Shown: positions 38,142-52,074, counted from the first letter of the whole stretch. The stretch is DNA of 63,361 bases, filler included, from Basidiobolus ranarum (GCA_040143965.1; 35 parts of 35 records of this genome joined end to end with filler, not necessarily neighbours in it); one strand, 5' to 3'. A program made the numbers and translations. The notes: a model not told the origin generated them from the letters alone.

Positions 38142-39852
38142 GTATTTTTCTGGTGTAATTCCAAGTGTTCCAATAGTAGAATTTTGATGTATCTGCATTC
38201 CAAGACAATATGCTAGTGATCCAAGATTTTGCATTTCAATCTTGGTAGATAGCCAGGTCTTAGTTTTTTTCATCAGATTTGAGCAATTACTAACCATTAT
38301 GATATCATCAGCATAGAGAGCAATTATCTCTTTGGTGGCTTTGACAGTCTCAAAATATATGCAGTGATCAGCTTTGCTACAATGGAAAAGATGTTTCATG
38401 AGGATCTGCTTGATTTTGGTATTCCATGCACAAGGTGCCTATTTCAGACCATATCGACTTCTCTGTAGTTTGCATACTTGATGTTCTTTTCCTTTTGCAA
38501 TATATCTCTCTGGTTGATCCATGTATATATATTCATCAATTTCTCCATTAAGAAATGCTGTCTTGACATCCATTTGTTCAATCAGCATTCCTTGGTGCAT
38601 AGCAATGGCTAGGATCACTCTGATTGAGGTAAACTTAGCAACAGGAGAGAATGTTTCATCATAGTCAATGCCACATTTCTAAGCATAGCCTTTTACTACT
38701 GATCCTGCTTGGTACTGGTTAGTAGATCCATCTAGTTAAGTTTCAATATCAGCACCTATCTTTTACCAATAGTTTTTCTTCCTGTAGGTAAGTCTACAAG
38801 GATCCATCTGTTACACTTGATTAGAGAGTGAATTTCATCATTAGTGGCTTTTCACCATTCTGATGCTTCTTCAGATTTCAGATCTTATGCCAAATTTTCT
38901 TGGTCAGAAAATACTACATGTGCAGATATGTTCCACCTTTTTTCTGATTTGAAAATGTTGATTTCATGTTCTGATTTGAGACATCCAAAGTCCTTGGTAG
39001 AATGGTCATATGTTTTCCTTACAGGATGTTTCTGGTTTCCACTTGGTAGCATTTCTGAGACCTAATTGCCTGAATTTTGTGATTGATTGAATACTTGTTA
39101 TAATTGATTGCATACTTCCAACAATTGATTGCATCCAATATCAGCCAAATTGAGAGTAGGATATTTCTTAGGTATATGATTGGTCAGAAAATTACTGTCT
39201 TGCTTCTGAGCCCAATTTCTCAATTCCTGATTGGCTAGAAAATATCCTTTTTCTCATTACCATATTTTTCATTGGCCAAGATAGTATGCTGATTTCTAGA
39301 AGATGGTTCCAAATTATCAGTATCCTCAGAGGAATTATCAGGTTTTCTGGTATGAATTGGTGAATTTCCAGTGCTGCCTAATGTTTCACTACTCATATAG
39401 CTGCTTGATTCCAGAATATCATATAATAGTTTGTTCTCCTTGCTTTCAGTACTTGTAGTGAAGTTTGAGACAGGATTATTGCTTGTTGGTTTTATGCTAG
39501 GAATATTCATCACAGGGATTGGTAATGATTTGAACTTTGTCATATATCCATTGCTGGCTGATGGTTTAGACCTTGTCCCAGATGTGATATTTACTAAATT
39601 TGGATAATGATGATAGATAGTTTCAGATTCCAAATCTGGCCTAATTCCAGTATCTATTTCCAATGTATCATTTTCCAAGTTGGTTTCAATACTTGTTAGC
39701 TCCAGATTGGTTTCACAACTTGTTAACTCAGAATTTGAGTCATTGAGAAATTGATTTTCAGCCAAAATCAAATTCCCTTGATTAGAAGATTTGAGCTTTT
39801 CTTCAATGAATATAGTATCTCTGGAGTTGATGATTTGATTTGTGCCAGCAAT
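38142..39852 (-). mobile_element. Copia integrase tail, long linker and RT remnant
   Basis: IINSRDTIF, DYDETFSPV, QMDVKTAFLNG, ALYADD, YCLGMQI. Confidence 0.9.
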
Positions 39853-39952
39853 NNNNNNNNNNNNNNNNNNNNNNNNNNNNNNNNNNNNNNNNNNNNTTAA
39901 TTAATTAANNNNNNNNNNNNNNNNNNNNNNNNNNNNNNNNNNNNNNNNNNNN

Positions 39953-40313
39953 TTGATACAAACTTATGTTGGATATGAGCTAAACCTTGGGTATGAAGAA
40001 CTCTATAAGACTACTCAGGAATATATATCAAAGAAACTAGGAATTTTGAAGGTAACAAATTAGTATTCAAGTGGAAAATATGTAAAGTTTGTGTTATGTT
40101 GCTCACACATGTGTTGATCTATAGTTCTCTGAGATTGTAGCCAATCATGTGTGACTATTTTGCAAGATCCTGAAATTTCACCCCAGAAACTGTAAAAATT
40201 GATTAAAATCAAATCCAACTTGAAGATATTATGATGATAAGTAAGCAGTCAATCCCAAAATGATCAAATTGGTGATGGTTTTCCTGTGATAACAATACTC
40301 AAATTTCTGTTAG
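39953..40313. mobile_element. CACTA subterminal region ending ..TTTCTGTTAG
   Basis: Colinear with 25453-25673. Confidence 0.8.
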
Positions 40314-40805
40314 ATATTCTGTGACCAGCCACTGACTTGAGATCAAGCTCTGGAGAGTCCACAGAGAGAATTATGGGAAAAAGCAATGTCTGCTAGGTTT
40401 TCCTCACTTCAGGATAATAAAATACAAGTTTTGAGTCCTCTCCCATCAGGAAGACAGCGAATAGGTTGCAAAGGGGTCTGTAAAGTCAAATACCAAGCTG
40501 ATGAAATTACCGAAAGTTACAAGTAAGATTAGTAGCAAAAAGTTATTCCCAGACTCCAGGAGTTGCTTTTGATAAAACCTTTGCTCTGGTAGCTGAGTTT
40601 AGCTCCATTAGATCAACCCTGGTACTCTCAGCCATCCACACCCTTGATTTAAATCCAATGCATTTAAAAACGGCCTTTGTGAATGGACATCAACTTGAGG
40701 AGATCTATATGGAGCAACAAGTTGTATATGTTGACCCAAAACACCACAATATGGACTGTAAGCTGCAAAAATTGCTATATAGACTCATGCAAGCACCCAG
40801 GGCAT
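40314..40805 (+). mobile_element. Copia RT remnant
   Basis: FDKTFALVAEFSSIR, MHLKTAFVNG, CKLQKLLYRLMQAPRA. Confidence 0.8.
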
Positions 40806-40808
40806 AGT

Positions 40809-41198
40809 TGTTGAAATTTATTGTCTTTATCATATTTGTTATCTCTATCTTTATACACCTAACTATTTTGTATATCACATATAAGTTAGTCAACATTACT
40901 TAGTCAAACATCACTTAACTGAAAATTAGAATATATATTTTATATATATGTGAATAATGTGAGAATTAGCAATTCCATATTTAATACTTCAAACTTGTCC
41001 AAATTGCCCCAAAGATAGCTCATTTTACTCTCACAGATGTTCTGAACACAACCCTAGCATTGGTTTTGTGTATTTCCTTCAAAATGTATAAATGCTTTAT
41101 TTCTGGACTATAAATATTTTTCTCACAAAGCTATTCACAACTCCACTTTTGTAAATTTCCTCCAAACAGCCCATATTTTCCCAATAAGTTATGAGCCC
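40809..41198 (+). repeat. Complete LTR-C (40809-41186) plus PBS (41187-41198)
   Basis: TGTTGAAATTTATTG...TTTTCCCAATA-AGTTATGAGCCC. Confidence 0.8.
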
Positions 41199-41238
41199 CA
41201 TGTTCTAAACTTTACAGCATGACAGAAACCGCTACTTC

Positions 41239-41662
41239 TGTTAAAGTATTTGGGAGCCTGTTGGAAGTGGCTTTGAGAATTAGAGGAATTGGTGTTTTTC
41301 ACTTATTGATTTATTGAGCAGAAAGTTGACATTTATAGTTTTGTCAAGATGTAAACAAACTAACATGTAGAATATGTTAAGGAAGGTCCTAGGAACATGT
41401 GTACAAAGTTTGGGGCTTCTAGCACAAGTTTGAAAAATCTATATATCTGAGAACTTCTAAGTTGGTAAAAATATTCTAAGTAAATTTTGATTGAGAATAA
41501 TTGTTAATATCTTAGTGAGTTATAAGATAACTAATTGCTAAGTTATATATTACTGTATAGGTGTTTAGGCAATGCTAATTTCAACACTCTCCCTCAACTA
41601 AATAGTCATATAAACTAATCCTAACAAAGGTCTAAATTTCTCAAATTTCTGTCTAGCTAATG
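41239..41662 (-). repeat. LTR-A (41239-41586) with PPT and RNase H tail
   Basis: Minus strand GTTGAGGGAGAG-TGTTGAAATTAGC...TTTAACA. Confidence 0.88.
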
Positions 41663-41762
41663 NNNNNNNNNNNNNNNNNNNNNNNNNNNNNNNNNNNNNN
41701 NNNNNNTTAATTAATTAANNNNNNNNNNNNNNNNNNNNNNNNNNNNNNNNNNNNNNNNNNNN

Positions 41763-42008
41763 ATTCACTTAGAATATTTTTACCAACTTAGAAGTTCTCA
41801 GATATATAGATTCTTCAAACATGTGCTAGAAGCCCCAAACTTTGCACACAAGTTCCTGCAACCTTTTCTACATATTCTACACATTAGTTTGTTTACATCT
41901 TGACAGAACTATAAATGTCAACTTTCTACTCAAAAAATCAATAAGTGAAAACCACCAATTCCCCTAATTCTCCAAACCACTTCTAATGGGCTCCCAAATA
42001 CTTTAATA
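41763..42008 (+). repeat. LTR-A 3' part
   Basis: Matches 62670-62918. Confidence 0.82.
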
Positions 42009-42049
42009 GTTGGATAGTGCCATATTGTTCCTTATATTATCCAATTAAG

Positions 42050-43186
42050 TGTTATAAGACCTAGCCATGGTAACTAACAGATCACACCAGAGAGTGTGTT
42101 AGTTGGCTGGATCAAGCAGCTTGGTCTGACCTGGTCCAATGGAACAAGTCTCTCTTATGAAGGATTGCAAATCAAGAGAAAATTAAAACATAGAAGTCAG
42201 AACATACAAAGCAAGTTTCAACCAAATAGCAAGATTTATTTATTTTATCCTACAAGTAACTTCTGAAATAAGCTGTAGGAGGTGGTACATTAATTCTGAA
42301 GCCTTCCAACATTTCTCTAATCAAACATGCTAGTTTAAAACACCCAAAATGGATGTAAATAGGATGGTTTATATGTGAGAAGACCAGCAACTAGAAGTTC
42401 TGGGGGTGGGAGAAGCTGAAGTGGATGTTTGAGACATCTCTGGGGATACATATTTAACACTAAAAATTGAGCTGTATATACCTTGAATAGCATAATATTG
42501 GTTATTAGGAAGTGAAGCTACTGTCAAAATGAAGAGCTGGACAAGGACTGGAAACAACAACAAGAGGCTAAAAGGCAGGAGAGTGTACTTGGGCATGGAC
42601 TTTAAGACAAGATTGGAAAGGGAAGATACTTTGGCAAGAGTCTTTATTGATAACTGGCATTGATCAGACCAAGATCTGATCAAGGAATACATGAGGCTAA
42701 TATAGATATTGCAGGGTGAAATATAATATACTGAATAGGGAATATATTGTGGCAAAATCAAGTGTTGGGATGTTGAGGACTACAAGGACCAATACAAAGA
42801 GGGATGTGTAAGGATGATCAGGTGACCTTTATGGAACATCTTGGTGGAAATACACTATGTTTGAGATGACATGATTGATCAGGTTTCATGGAATGTTCCA
42901 AAGAACATGATTTCCATATAAGGTAACCTGGATAAACTAACACAAGCATGCCAAGAAGAGATGGCAAAGCAGATATGATCTCATAATCTAATAATAGAAG
43001 AGTTCTGTTTGAAGTGGATAAGTATGCCAACATCAGAATCATGACAGTATCCCCTCTTTTAGTGATGGCTTCCAGACATCATGGGGCCAGGTTTGTCTGT
43101 GTATGCTTGATGAAACTCCTGGCAAAGTTCCTTGGATTTGGAGAGATTTGTTACTGGCCCCCGTGATTGATCATTTGTTAAGTATC
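42050..43186 (-). mobile_element. Ty3/Gypsy chromovirus 3' end: chromodomain tail, PPT and approx. 1-kb LTR (42050-43046)
   Basis: GPVTNLSKSKELCQEFHQAYTDKPGP, PPT AAAAGAGGGGATAC, LTR TGTCATG...CTTATAACA. Confidence 0.7.
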
Positions 43187-43472
43187 TGTTGGAGGATCTT
43201 GACATAATGGGGTAGACTTTGAGTATTAGAAGCAACTTATGATAGTGTGTTTTATTTACTTTATTCTTAAAAGTATATGGTGACTTATATAGTAGAAAAG
43301 TAAATCAATTGTTTGAGATATTCAGAAGTTTATGTAATAAGATATAATAGATAAGTGGGGTTAATAAGACATACTTGTTATATAGATATAGAGATATTCC
43401 TATTTAGAATATAGGGGCTATAGATACATTGCTTTCTGTTTCTGATATATGTATCATAACTAAAGTTAACTA
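43187..43472 (+). repeat. LTR-like family E, 5' part
   Basis: TGTTGGAGGATCTTGAC start; inverted copies at 60790-60984 and 61656-61944 share this end. Confidence 0.75.
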
Positions 43473-43572
43473 NNNNNNNNNNNNNNNNNNNNNNNNNNNN
43501 NNNNNNNNNNNNNNNNTTAATTAATTAANNNNNNNNNNNNNNNNNNNNNNNNNNNNNNNNNNNNNNNNNNNN

Positions 43573-43844
43573 GTGATGTGATAACTACCTACGATCTTCG
43601 TTTGTATAACAGCCTTGAGTATTCCTTTGCGAATGGACTACCTTTGATCAAAAACACCTTAGACACCAAGATTGTCAACAAGCTCTCTAACAAAACCATA
43701 AGTTACTCTTGGAAGGTTCCCCATATCAAGCAAAAAGGGATCAACCAAAACCTGTACTATATCCGAGTTACCACTTCATCAGAATCCAACCCACAAATGC
43801 CTTCTCTTTTCGGAATTGCGGGGCCATTCACCATATCCACATAG
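43573..43844 (+). CDS. C-terminal part of a small beta-rich, probably secreted protein
   Basis: ..SYSWKVP..YYIRVTT..GIAGPFTIST* resembles the fungal Kre9/Knh1-N (Ser/Thr-rich GPI family) domain pattern. Confidence 0.5.
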
Positions 43845-45382
43845 TTGAGAAAATGTCACATTTAATTACAATAAAATATATAATTTTCGGAGTTTCAAGT
43901 AATGTCCATTTATATATTTTTGCATGCCCAAAAATCCAGATTTGCCGCCCACAATTCAAGAGATCACTGTTCTGTTTTAAAGAAATGGTACAATGGAATA
44001 GAATAGCATGAGTAATTTTGCCTATCATGTTCGATCTTGAAGAATCACTATCATTTTTAGCATATTAATGGAATAAGTTTATTAAACTAAATACCAGGTA
44101 TTATTCTCTACCTTCAAGCTTGAGAAAACCTTGCAAAGGGTATTGCTGTGATTGCTTAGTAAATTACAGTTTCTTAGATAATTCTAGGAAAGAAAAATCT
44201 GAACTGGATGTTGCATACCAATATTTAGACACTTCCTCATGGCATTCCTAATCATTTCGATCACTTATATTGAACACACATATGAACTCATATATGCTAG
44301 TGTCTGATCTGAAAGAGCAGGATTAGGATTCCAAAGCATTATTGGTTGATATATCAAAATAGTTGAGCGGGCAGTAATTATGGATGAAAATGTTAACGAT
44401 ATTCAAAGGATTTAGTTTTCGGGGGTTAGCAGGTCCTTTGAAGCGCTAGAATTGTAGAATTGGTTAAACATTTGACATGAACGATTTGGAATTACATTGG
44501 AGATCCTACATCTAACCTTCCAAAACTTGTCGAAGATAGAGCTACCAAATATTTTGACTCAGGTAAATAACATCCGACCAGGCATACAACAGAGCTATAC
44601 TGGATATATCCGATAACTATAACATAATTCAGCACCTCCTTCCTACCAGTATTTAATCCTAACTATCAGTAAGAGGATTTTCTTGCAGATGCTAAACAAT
44701 GGACTCCTATCCTCGAGATTGAGTCCATAGATGATCTATTGCGCTCTTGACGGAGACAAATCGTAAATATTAACTCTATAGTCCAGGAGCTTCGATCTAG
44801 ATTTTCTTCGGAAAAGGACGCTCATTCAATTGTTGATAGAAACTGGAAAGAAACTTGGCTCAATTAATCCCAGAAGTATTATCAGTATCTTCCGTGAACA
44901 TGATGGAGTTGAGATAACATCTATTAAAGAAAGGTTAGCTAAGCTAGACACTACATCGCCATGTTCAGAAAGGACTAGATCTTAGCTTGTGGACGTCAGG
45001 TTGAACTTCCATTAGAGTATCATTACCAATCCTCATAGTATTCTCAAGAGAATGACAATATATTCTTTGATTGTTGTGATTAGCACAACGTAGTATCCAG
45101 AGCATCCAAGTAATGCGCTATAATTTCAGGAGCAAACCCGCATTAATCTTTGATCGAATTAACGAAGTAGAATTCTTAACTAGTCAGTACTATTGAGTGC
45201 CAGATTTCAATGCGAATAGCACAGGTGGGGCCTTCCCGAGCGAAGCCGAAGAATGGACGGTTTCCTCGGCCTATCCCTAAATNNNNNNNNNNNNNNNNNN
45301 NNNNNNNNNNNNNNNNNNNNNNNNNNTTAATTAATTAANNNNNNNNNNNNNNNNNNNNNNNNNNNNNNNNNNNNNNNNNNNN

Positions 45383-45565
45383 TTGCTTTAGCCAAGGTGT
45401 TTACAAAGATTGATCTAAGAGGTGCTTACAATCTTGTAAGAATCAAACCAGGAGACCAATGGAAAACTGCCTTTTGAACTTGCTATGGACACTTTGAATA
45501 CAATGTCATGCCATTTGGACTTACTAATGCCACAGCAGTCTTTCAACACATGATGAATGACCATC
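45383..45565 (+). mobile_element. Ty3/Gypsy RT fragment
   Basis: [53 protein letters not shown]. Confidence 0.93.
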
Positions 45566-45679
45566 TTCAAATGCACTTTCATGCTGGAAATTGATTCAAT
45601 ATGATCCTTTGGTTTCTGAGTTAACTTTACAGCTGCATGAAACAAAACAGCCTAAAATTGTTGCTATAGATTTCCAGCT

Positions 45680-46540
45680 AGACCTTTGGAAGCAATACCT
45701 TGCCTCCAAGACACCTTTGTTAATTCCCATTATTCCAGGTTTTTGTCCTATTGTACATCTGGTTTGTACTGAGTACCTTCCTTTCTGCTTACCACCTTTG
45801 CCCCTTAACACTATATGTACATCCTCTGAGCTTGATTACATTGGTCATCAGGTTAAGTATGGATATGATCCATTATTGGACTTGTTCCATTGTGCCAAGA
45901 TTTATCAGACCTTGGATCAATATATTAGAGTAAACGTGTTTGAAATTGATCATGCCAGAGGGTGATGGTTAGTGCCAAATTGTGCCGCATAAATTTTAGA
46001 ATACTTTATCCAATATGATATATACAGCACAATCTGACACTATCACAGAGAACAAGTCCATTGTCCCAAAATCTTGAACAATTGATATCTTGATTGTCAC
46101 TTTGTTTAGATTAGTATTTAAGCTAAACAAAGTCCACACCATCTGGTGCTTTTCATCCCCCCCTAAGGTTTATTTATTTTTTGACTTTGTTTAAATTGAT
46201 AAATAAATATTACACCTTCTGGTGCTTATCTTCCCCTAACCTTTGGAAACAATGCCTTGCCTCCAAGACACCTTTCTTAATTTCCATTATTCCAGGTTTT
46301 TGACCTATTGCACATTTAGTTTGTACTGAGTACCTTCCTTTCTGCATACCCCATTTGCCCCTTAACACTGTATTTAAATCCTTTGAACTTGATTACATTG
46401 GTCATCAAGTTAAGTATGGATATGATCATGTATTGTGACAAAATCTTGGAAGATTGATGTCTTGATTGTTGCTGCGTTTAGATTAGTATGTAAGCTAAAT
46501 AAAGTCCACACCACCTAGTGCTTTTCACCCCGCCCCCTGC
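45680..46540 (+). repeat. Two-block direct repeat (A..B then A'B')
   Basis: A 45680-45873 matches 46240-46432; B 46061-46165 matches 46435-46540. Confidence 0.8.
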
Positions 46541-47192
46541 CCTGAAGCAGTTACAAAATCTTAATGACTCCAAGGAGTACGCGGAGTTATTCCCGAAAAT
46601 AGAATATTCTATCACCTCTCTCAATTTAGCATTACTAGCAGTTGTTTGCTAATATAAGATTCTGGCACCCTCCCTCCCACGCACTGTACCACGGAAACCA
46701 TTATTATGAAGCAAAAATTTTTTTGTACCGGCAAAAAGGCACCCAAAGCTGCTATGTTCTTCTGTAAAATGAAATAGCTAGCTCCTAACAATAAAATAGG
46801 TGAGGATACTTCCTGCTCTAAACAAGCTTTTAATGAAATGCGCTTGGAATATGATTGCCTTATTGAGTAATAGATCAGGATTAAGAATAAAATGTGTTCA
46901 ATAAAATAACGGCAACTAATACATAAACAAGCAATGCCAAAGTGAAGAGTAAGCTAAGGGTTCTTAGCATAGTTGTTTAAAACTTACATATGTATGCCTA
47001 TGAGTATATGTATATTTAAATGCATAGACTGGTGTATCAAGCTTAGAACACTGAGTTGGCGATTTACCCTTATATTAATCTATAGACTCGATNNNNNNNN
47101 NNNNNNNNNNNNNNNNNNNNNNNNNNNNNNNNNNNNTTAATTAATTAANNNNNNNNNNNNNNNNNNNNNNNNNNNNNNNNNNNNNNNNNNNN

Positions 47193-48902
47193 TCAATAAT
47201 TGCGTACATTTTTGAGATGTTTCATAAATAGGCCTATACTAGCCCAATTGCCATTTGCTTGCAAAAACCCAGGATAAGCCACATGAAATAAGTCAAGAAC
47301 CTTTAGAGTAATGCCTGGTTTTTGGTTTTTCCACAATTGGCTCAAACCAAGATGATGTTAGGCAAGATTCCACATAGTTTCCCAAATGTTAAACCACACA
47401 TCATCAGAGCAAGTGATGGCAGCTAAGGCATTCAGAGTCTTTGGGTTTGCTGGTTTTCCAATGAGATTTCTACTTTAATGTGCCCAGGCATTTTTGGGAT
47501 ATTGAGTAGGGTTAATGATCCAACAATTACTCTGCTTTGATAGATTGTCAAGGTGACAATCATATGTATGGTGTGCAATTGATTGAAATCCCATATGAGA
47601 TTGGACAGAGGGACCGCATGTTGCTGTAGCTGAAGTACAGCAATCTGAAATTCTAGTATCATTATTTAGTGAAACTCTAACTGTTGACTAGTTGCTTCCA
47701 AACACTGCATTAATTGCAATATTGAGGCATTATTGCTTGTCATGGCCCATGTAGCAACTTTGTAGTTTTTACTTATAATATGCATACAAATCAGTAATGT
47801 GTTCTGCCTGCAATTCTCTTGTTGTACTAATTCCATCCAAATTTTCTACAGAGGGTTGTTCAATAGTGCGCAAAGTAGCCATATTGGAAGTTGATGGTCT
47901 TTATGGTGTTTCTATTGAATTTTGCTCAACTATTGATCTACTATGTAATTGGGGGATTACAATCTCTTTGCTCACACTATTGCTAGAGTTGAACCCATAT
48001 GGAAATTGATCAATGCTTCATCATTACTATAATTAGTATCTGGCATGTTAATGCCTTCCAAAGTGGATAGTGGATTGCCAGACTGCTCTTCAGTGAAGTC
48101 CTCTGTTCTGGCTGGTTTTTTTCCTTTCATGCCAGCAAGCTTTTGCTTGGAAGCCAATTTTAATTTTGATTTGGAATGCTTTTAAGATGGCATTGAAATT
48201 TTAATATAGTAAACCAGGTGTAGTGATATTACTTAGAAACTGCTTATAGTAAACTTAAATTCCAATCCTTTATTGGAAACATCTTGTAAATCCCCTGACA
48301 ACTCATCTGTGACACCATCTCAGAAATAGCTGATGATATTGATGGACAATACCTAAAATACCACCCTTGCATAGGAAGTGTTCCTTTTTTTACAATATCT
48401 TTCTCATACTGCAACACAAATGTTTAAAGAAGCCCAGCTATGATTGTCACAAGTTCTTGTGCTCTGAAAGCCAGAGGCTACATAGAGAAAATAATCACCA
48501 CAATGGTCCCTATCAGAAATGTGAGGATTGTTATTGTAGGAAAGCTGCCACAATTTTAATCTATTTGGGATTGACCGTTTACTTACTATCATAAAATCAC
48601 CAAGTTAGATTTGAATTTGATCAATTTTTTCAGAGTCAGGAGTGAAATTTTAAGATCTTGCAAAATAGTTGCACATATTTGGCTACAATCTCAGAGAACT
48701 ACGGATCAACATATGTGCAAAAAATATAACACAAATTTTACACAATTACCACTTGAACACTAATTTGTCACCTTTGAAATCTCTAGGCTCTTTGCTACAT
48801 TCTCCTGAATATTTTTATAGAGTACTTCATACCCAAAGTGTAGCTCATACCCAACACAAGTTTGTATCAATATCTGCATCAAAGCCCACCATTGTATTAA
48901 CA
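47193..48902. mobile_element. CACTA accessory ORF 5' part (minus, start 48157), intergenic region, transposase start (plus), then a nested CCCTA terminus at 48508
   Basis: 47193-47965 is the reverse complement of 35420-36183; 48395-48505 matches the transposase 5' region; 48508 onward matches 54543 onward. Confidence 0.8.
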
Positions 48903-49002
48903 NNNNNNNNNNNNNNNNNNNNNNNNNNNNNNNNNNNNNNNNNNNNTTAATTAATTAANNNNNNNNNNNNNNNNNNNNNNNNNNNNNNNNNNNNNNNNNN
49001 NN

Positions 49003-50711
49003 TTGGTGAGCAACTAAAGATCCTGAGATGATGCACACTTGGTTTTGATCCATATAGGACTTCAAATGCAGTAGAATTTTGCAGTAATCTTGTTGGGCAT
49101 CTGCTTTTGATATTGACTGCAGTGGAGACAGATTCAGCCCTATATTGTTAATGTAGCTAAGGCTTCATATTTTGCTTTGCAAAAGAATACACAAATATAT
49201 CTTGTTTTATCATCAATAAATGTCATAGAGTACCTTTTCCCACCTAGTGAGAAGTTTTTCATGGGCCCACATTGGTCAGAATGAATCAGTGCAAAATTCT
49301 GAGTTAATTTGATCCCTCCAGAGCTTGAAAATGGCTGTCTGTGATGTTTTCCACATATGTTACCTTCACACAGATCTAATTCAGTGATGTTTCAATATCT
49401 TAGCCTGAAACAAGCTGATTTTGGATCATTTGGGTCAGCTCTTGTTCCCCAATGTGGTCTAATCTTCAAAGCCATGTTTGACAGCGTATTTAACCTGTTT
49501 TAGCAAGTTTGCATGCTTAGAAACCAATTTGTTGATTTCTAGCTTGTATAAGTTCTTAGTTTTGATCCCAGTAACTAAATTGGTATTGTTCTGATCTGCA
49601 ATAGTGCAACCAGGCTTGCTGAACATTATATTTAGTCCTTAAGTTGTTGCTTTGCTTACTGAGAGTAGATTCTTGGCTACATTTGGTACATAGAGTATAT
49701 CATCCAATTTTGCAGATGGTGTACCCAAATTTTGGTCTAGATTATGCACAACTGTGCCCTTACAACTGCATCTAGTGCATAGTCTTCACCTAAGCAGACT
49801 TTCCTTGTTTGGATGGGTTTTAAGCTGGAAAACCAATCTTTCTTGTTTGATATGTGCTGGGAAGCTCCTGAATCAAGGTGCCAAATTTCTGATTCTTCTT
49901 AAGTGGTTACTGATAGGGCAGACACAAATAGATGATCCTATCAGTGCTGACTTGATTTGCCTCTTCCGATTTTAGCTTTTGGGCAAAAATCCTTTTTCTG
50001 CAATCTTTGATTAAATAACCTGGTTTCTTGCAATACTTGCAGATAAATGATTTCCTATTAGTGGCACCATTATTGAAGCCAGTTGGACAATTTACAGCTC
50101 CAAATAATGCCTGATAAGTTTAATCAAACCAGAGCTCTTGAATGGTAGCCGGGCTTGCTTTTCATACATACAACTCTGACAAATTTCCATTTTGGTAAAG
50201 GGGTTAATTTAAATTCCAGAAATTAGGCAATTTTTTATCATTTTTCTCAAATAATCAAGACCAAATTGGCAAATCTCTTAAGCCATAATTTTATCCTGGC
50301 CCTTCTGAGGTGGCCTTGCATACAAATAATAAGTTCTTGGCAATATCTGGAACATGTAGTACATCCCTAACAGTTTAAACTTTCTCTTTCAAAGCTCCAG
50401 TTAAATTGACTTGAATTGTTCCCATTCCAATAGCATCCAATGAGCAGTCATCTCCAATAAAAACCTTTCTAATTGGAATGTCTTCATAATCCACAAACCA
50501 ATGTCTTTCATGTGTGAAATGATGGGAGGCAACAGAATAAATATGCTACTCCTGAGAATCCTTGTTGGTAGTCATAGAGAGAGCAGATATGAACAAGTTA
50601 TCTTCTGTTGTAAACACATATCCAGAATCAGTATGTTTTACTTCTTTTCCAATTCTTTCAAAGCAATCTTTGCTCGAGTGGTTAGTTGTTTTACAGCAAT
50701 CACAGAAGGTG
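49003..50711 (-). mobile_element. Copia gag-protease-integrase remnants (two elements)
   Basis: CKYCKKPG knuckle, WHLDSGASQH, KNLLSVS, CEGNICGKHHR, LIHSDQCGP; a second protease piece at 50370-50711. Confidence 0.88.
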
Positions 50712-52074
50712 NNNNNNNNNNNNNNNNNNNNNNNNNNNNNNNNNNNNNNNNNNNNTTAATTAATTAANNNNNNNNNNNNNNNNNNNNNNNNNNNNNNNNN
50801 NNNNNNNNNNNGCTTGAAGGGATGTTGGGATGTATGCTCTTAATCAGAAAACAGAAAACATAATGGACAAAGAAGATGGCACGTCCGTGTACTCGTATCC
50901 CCATATTTCGGCGTATAACTGTAGCCAGTAGCGAAGAACGGGTTTCAGTTCCGACATCTATAAAACATTTAAAGGTCAGAAAATGTTTAGATTTCCACCT
51001 CAACTGTGGAGTGTAGAGAGGTGACACACTCCATCGGGTCTCAATTAAGGCAGGACACCTAACCAGACCAGCCAACTTTGATCGTAGACCAATCTAGTTG
51101 CATGGATGTACTGAGTAGCGTTTCAAATTAAACATGACCAATCCTGGAATACTACACCATGAATCAGAATCCAAAGGTGGCATGTGAGGGTTGATATTAT
51201 ACTATTAAGAATTCATCGGGTGATCTTAGCACATGATCGAGCCCCCTATGCATTGACAGTGGATAGACAACGAGAAGCATAATAGAAGCAGCTACCCCAT
51301 CAAACTATGCTGATTATATAAGAATCCATTTTAACAATCATGGAATTGATGAATTCCCCCAATCAGATGGTAGTCGAAGAGTAAAGTCTATTTTCCATAG
51401 GTATGCCAAGATTTACTTACCACTAACGAACTAGAACCAACATATTTATATGCTCCGTAGTCAGCTCATGCTTCTGTTTTGATAATTTAGGACTCAATAT
51501 CTTTTAATATTCCAACCAATAATATTTCTTTCCCTGATGTTTATATATAAGAGGTGAAAATTATCCCTTTCTTTACATCGACTTCATGATGCCCACCGAT
51601 CTTGTATACCTAGTAATTTGACATATGATAGTCATCAATGTTTGAGAATATTTGAAGTGTTTATAATAATCAAAATATGAAATTCAGTAAGAGGTGAATT
51701 AAGGACGCTATTGTGTGATGAACAAGCAATAACTAGATGAAATCTCCAAGATATATCAATTTAATATTTCAATTATGATGATTAAGTTCAATTGTAATAA
51801 CTCACGAAGAGTGTTTCATTTGATTATAGTGACAGTAAAAATTCGAAAAGAAGGAACCTTAATTACACAGTAAAACCAGAGTTTCATTTATACTTCAGAA
51901 TGATTGTAGAAATCCAATGTGTGTACTCAACTTATATATCTAAAATTACTCATATACATAGCTCACTACCATAATTCAGCAATATCTAATGTTATGTAGA
52001 AACCATATGATTAGATATAACCTAAAACATAATGTTAAATCCTTTTAGTCAATATAACATACTGACAAAGTATG

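Noticed and set aside
42369..43042. ORFs of 130 and 74 aa
   Set aside because: Lie inside the Gypsy LTR; composition-driven open frames.
44240..44990. Possible pseudogene or foreign gene
   Set aside because: Frames are broken and I recognise no motif; the same holds for 50812-51420 and 15500-15900.
45220..45282. GC-richer stretch suggesting a ribozyme or riboswitch
   Set aside because: No hammerhead, HDV or TPP core motifs found; cut by the contig end.
45383..45565. Joining this Gypsy RT piece to 63203-63361 as one element
   Set aside because: They meet at MND in protein terms but sit on separate contigs with unrelated flanks; nothing shows physical linkage.
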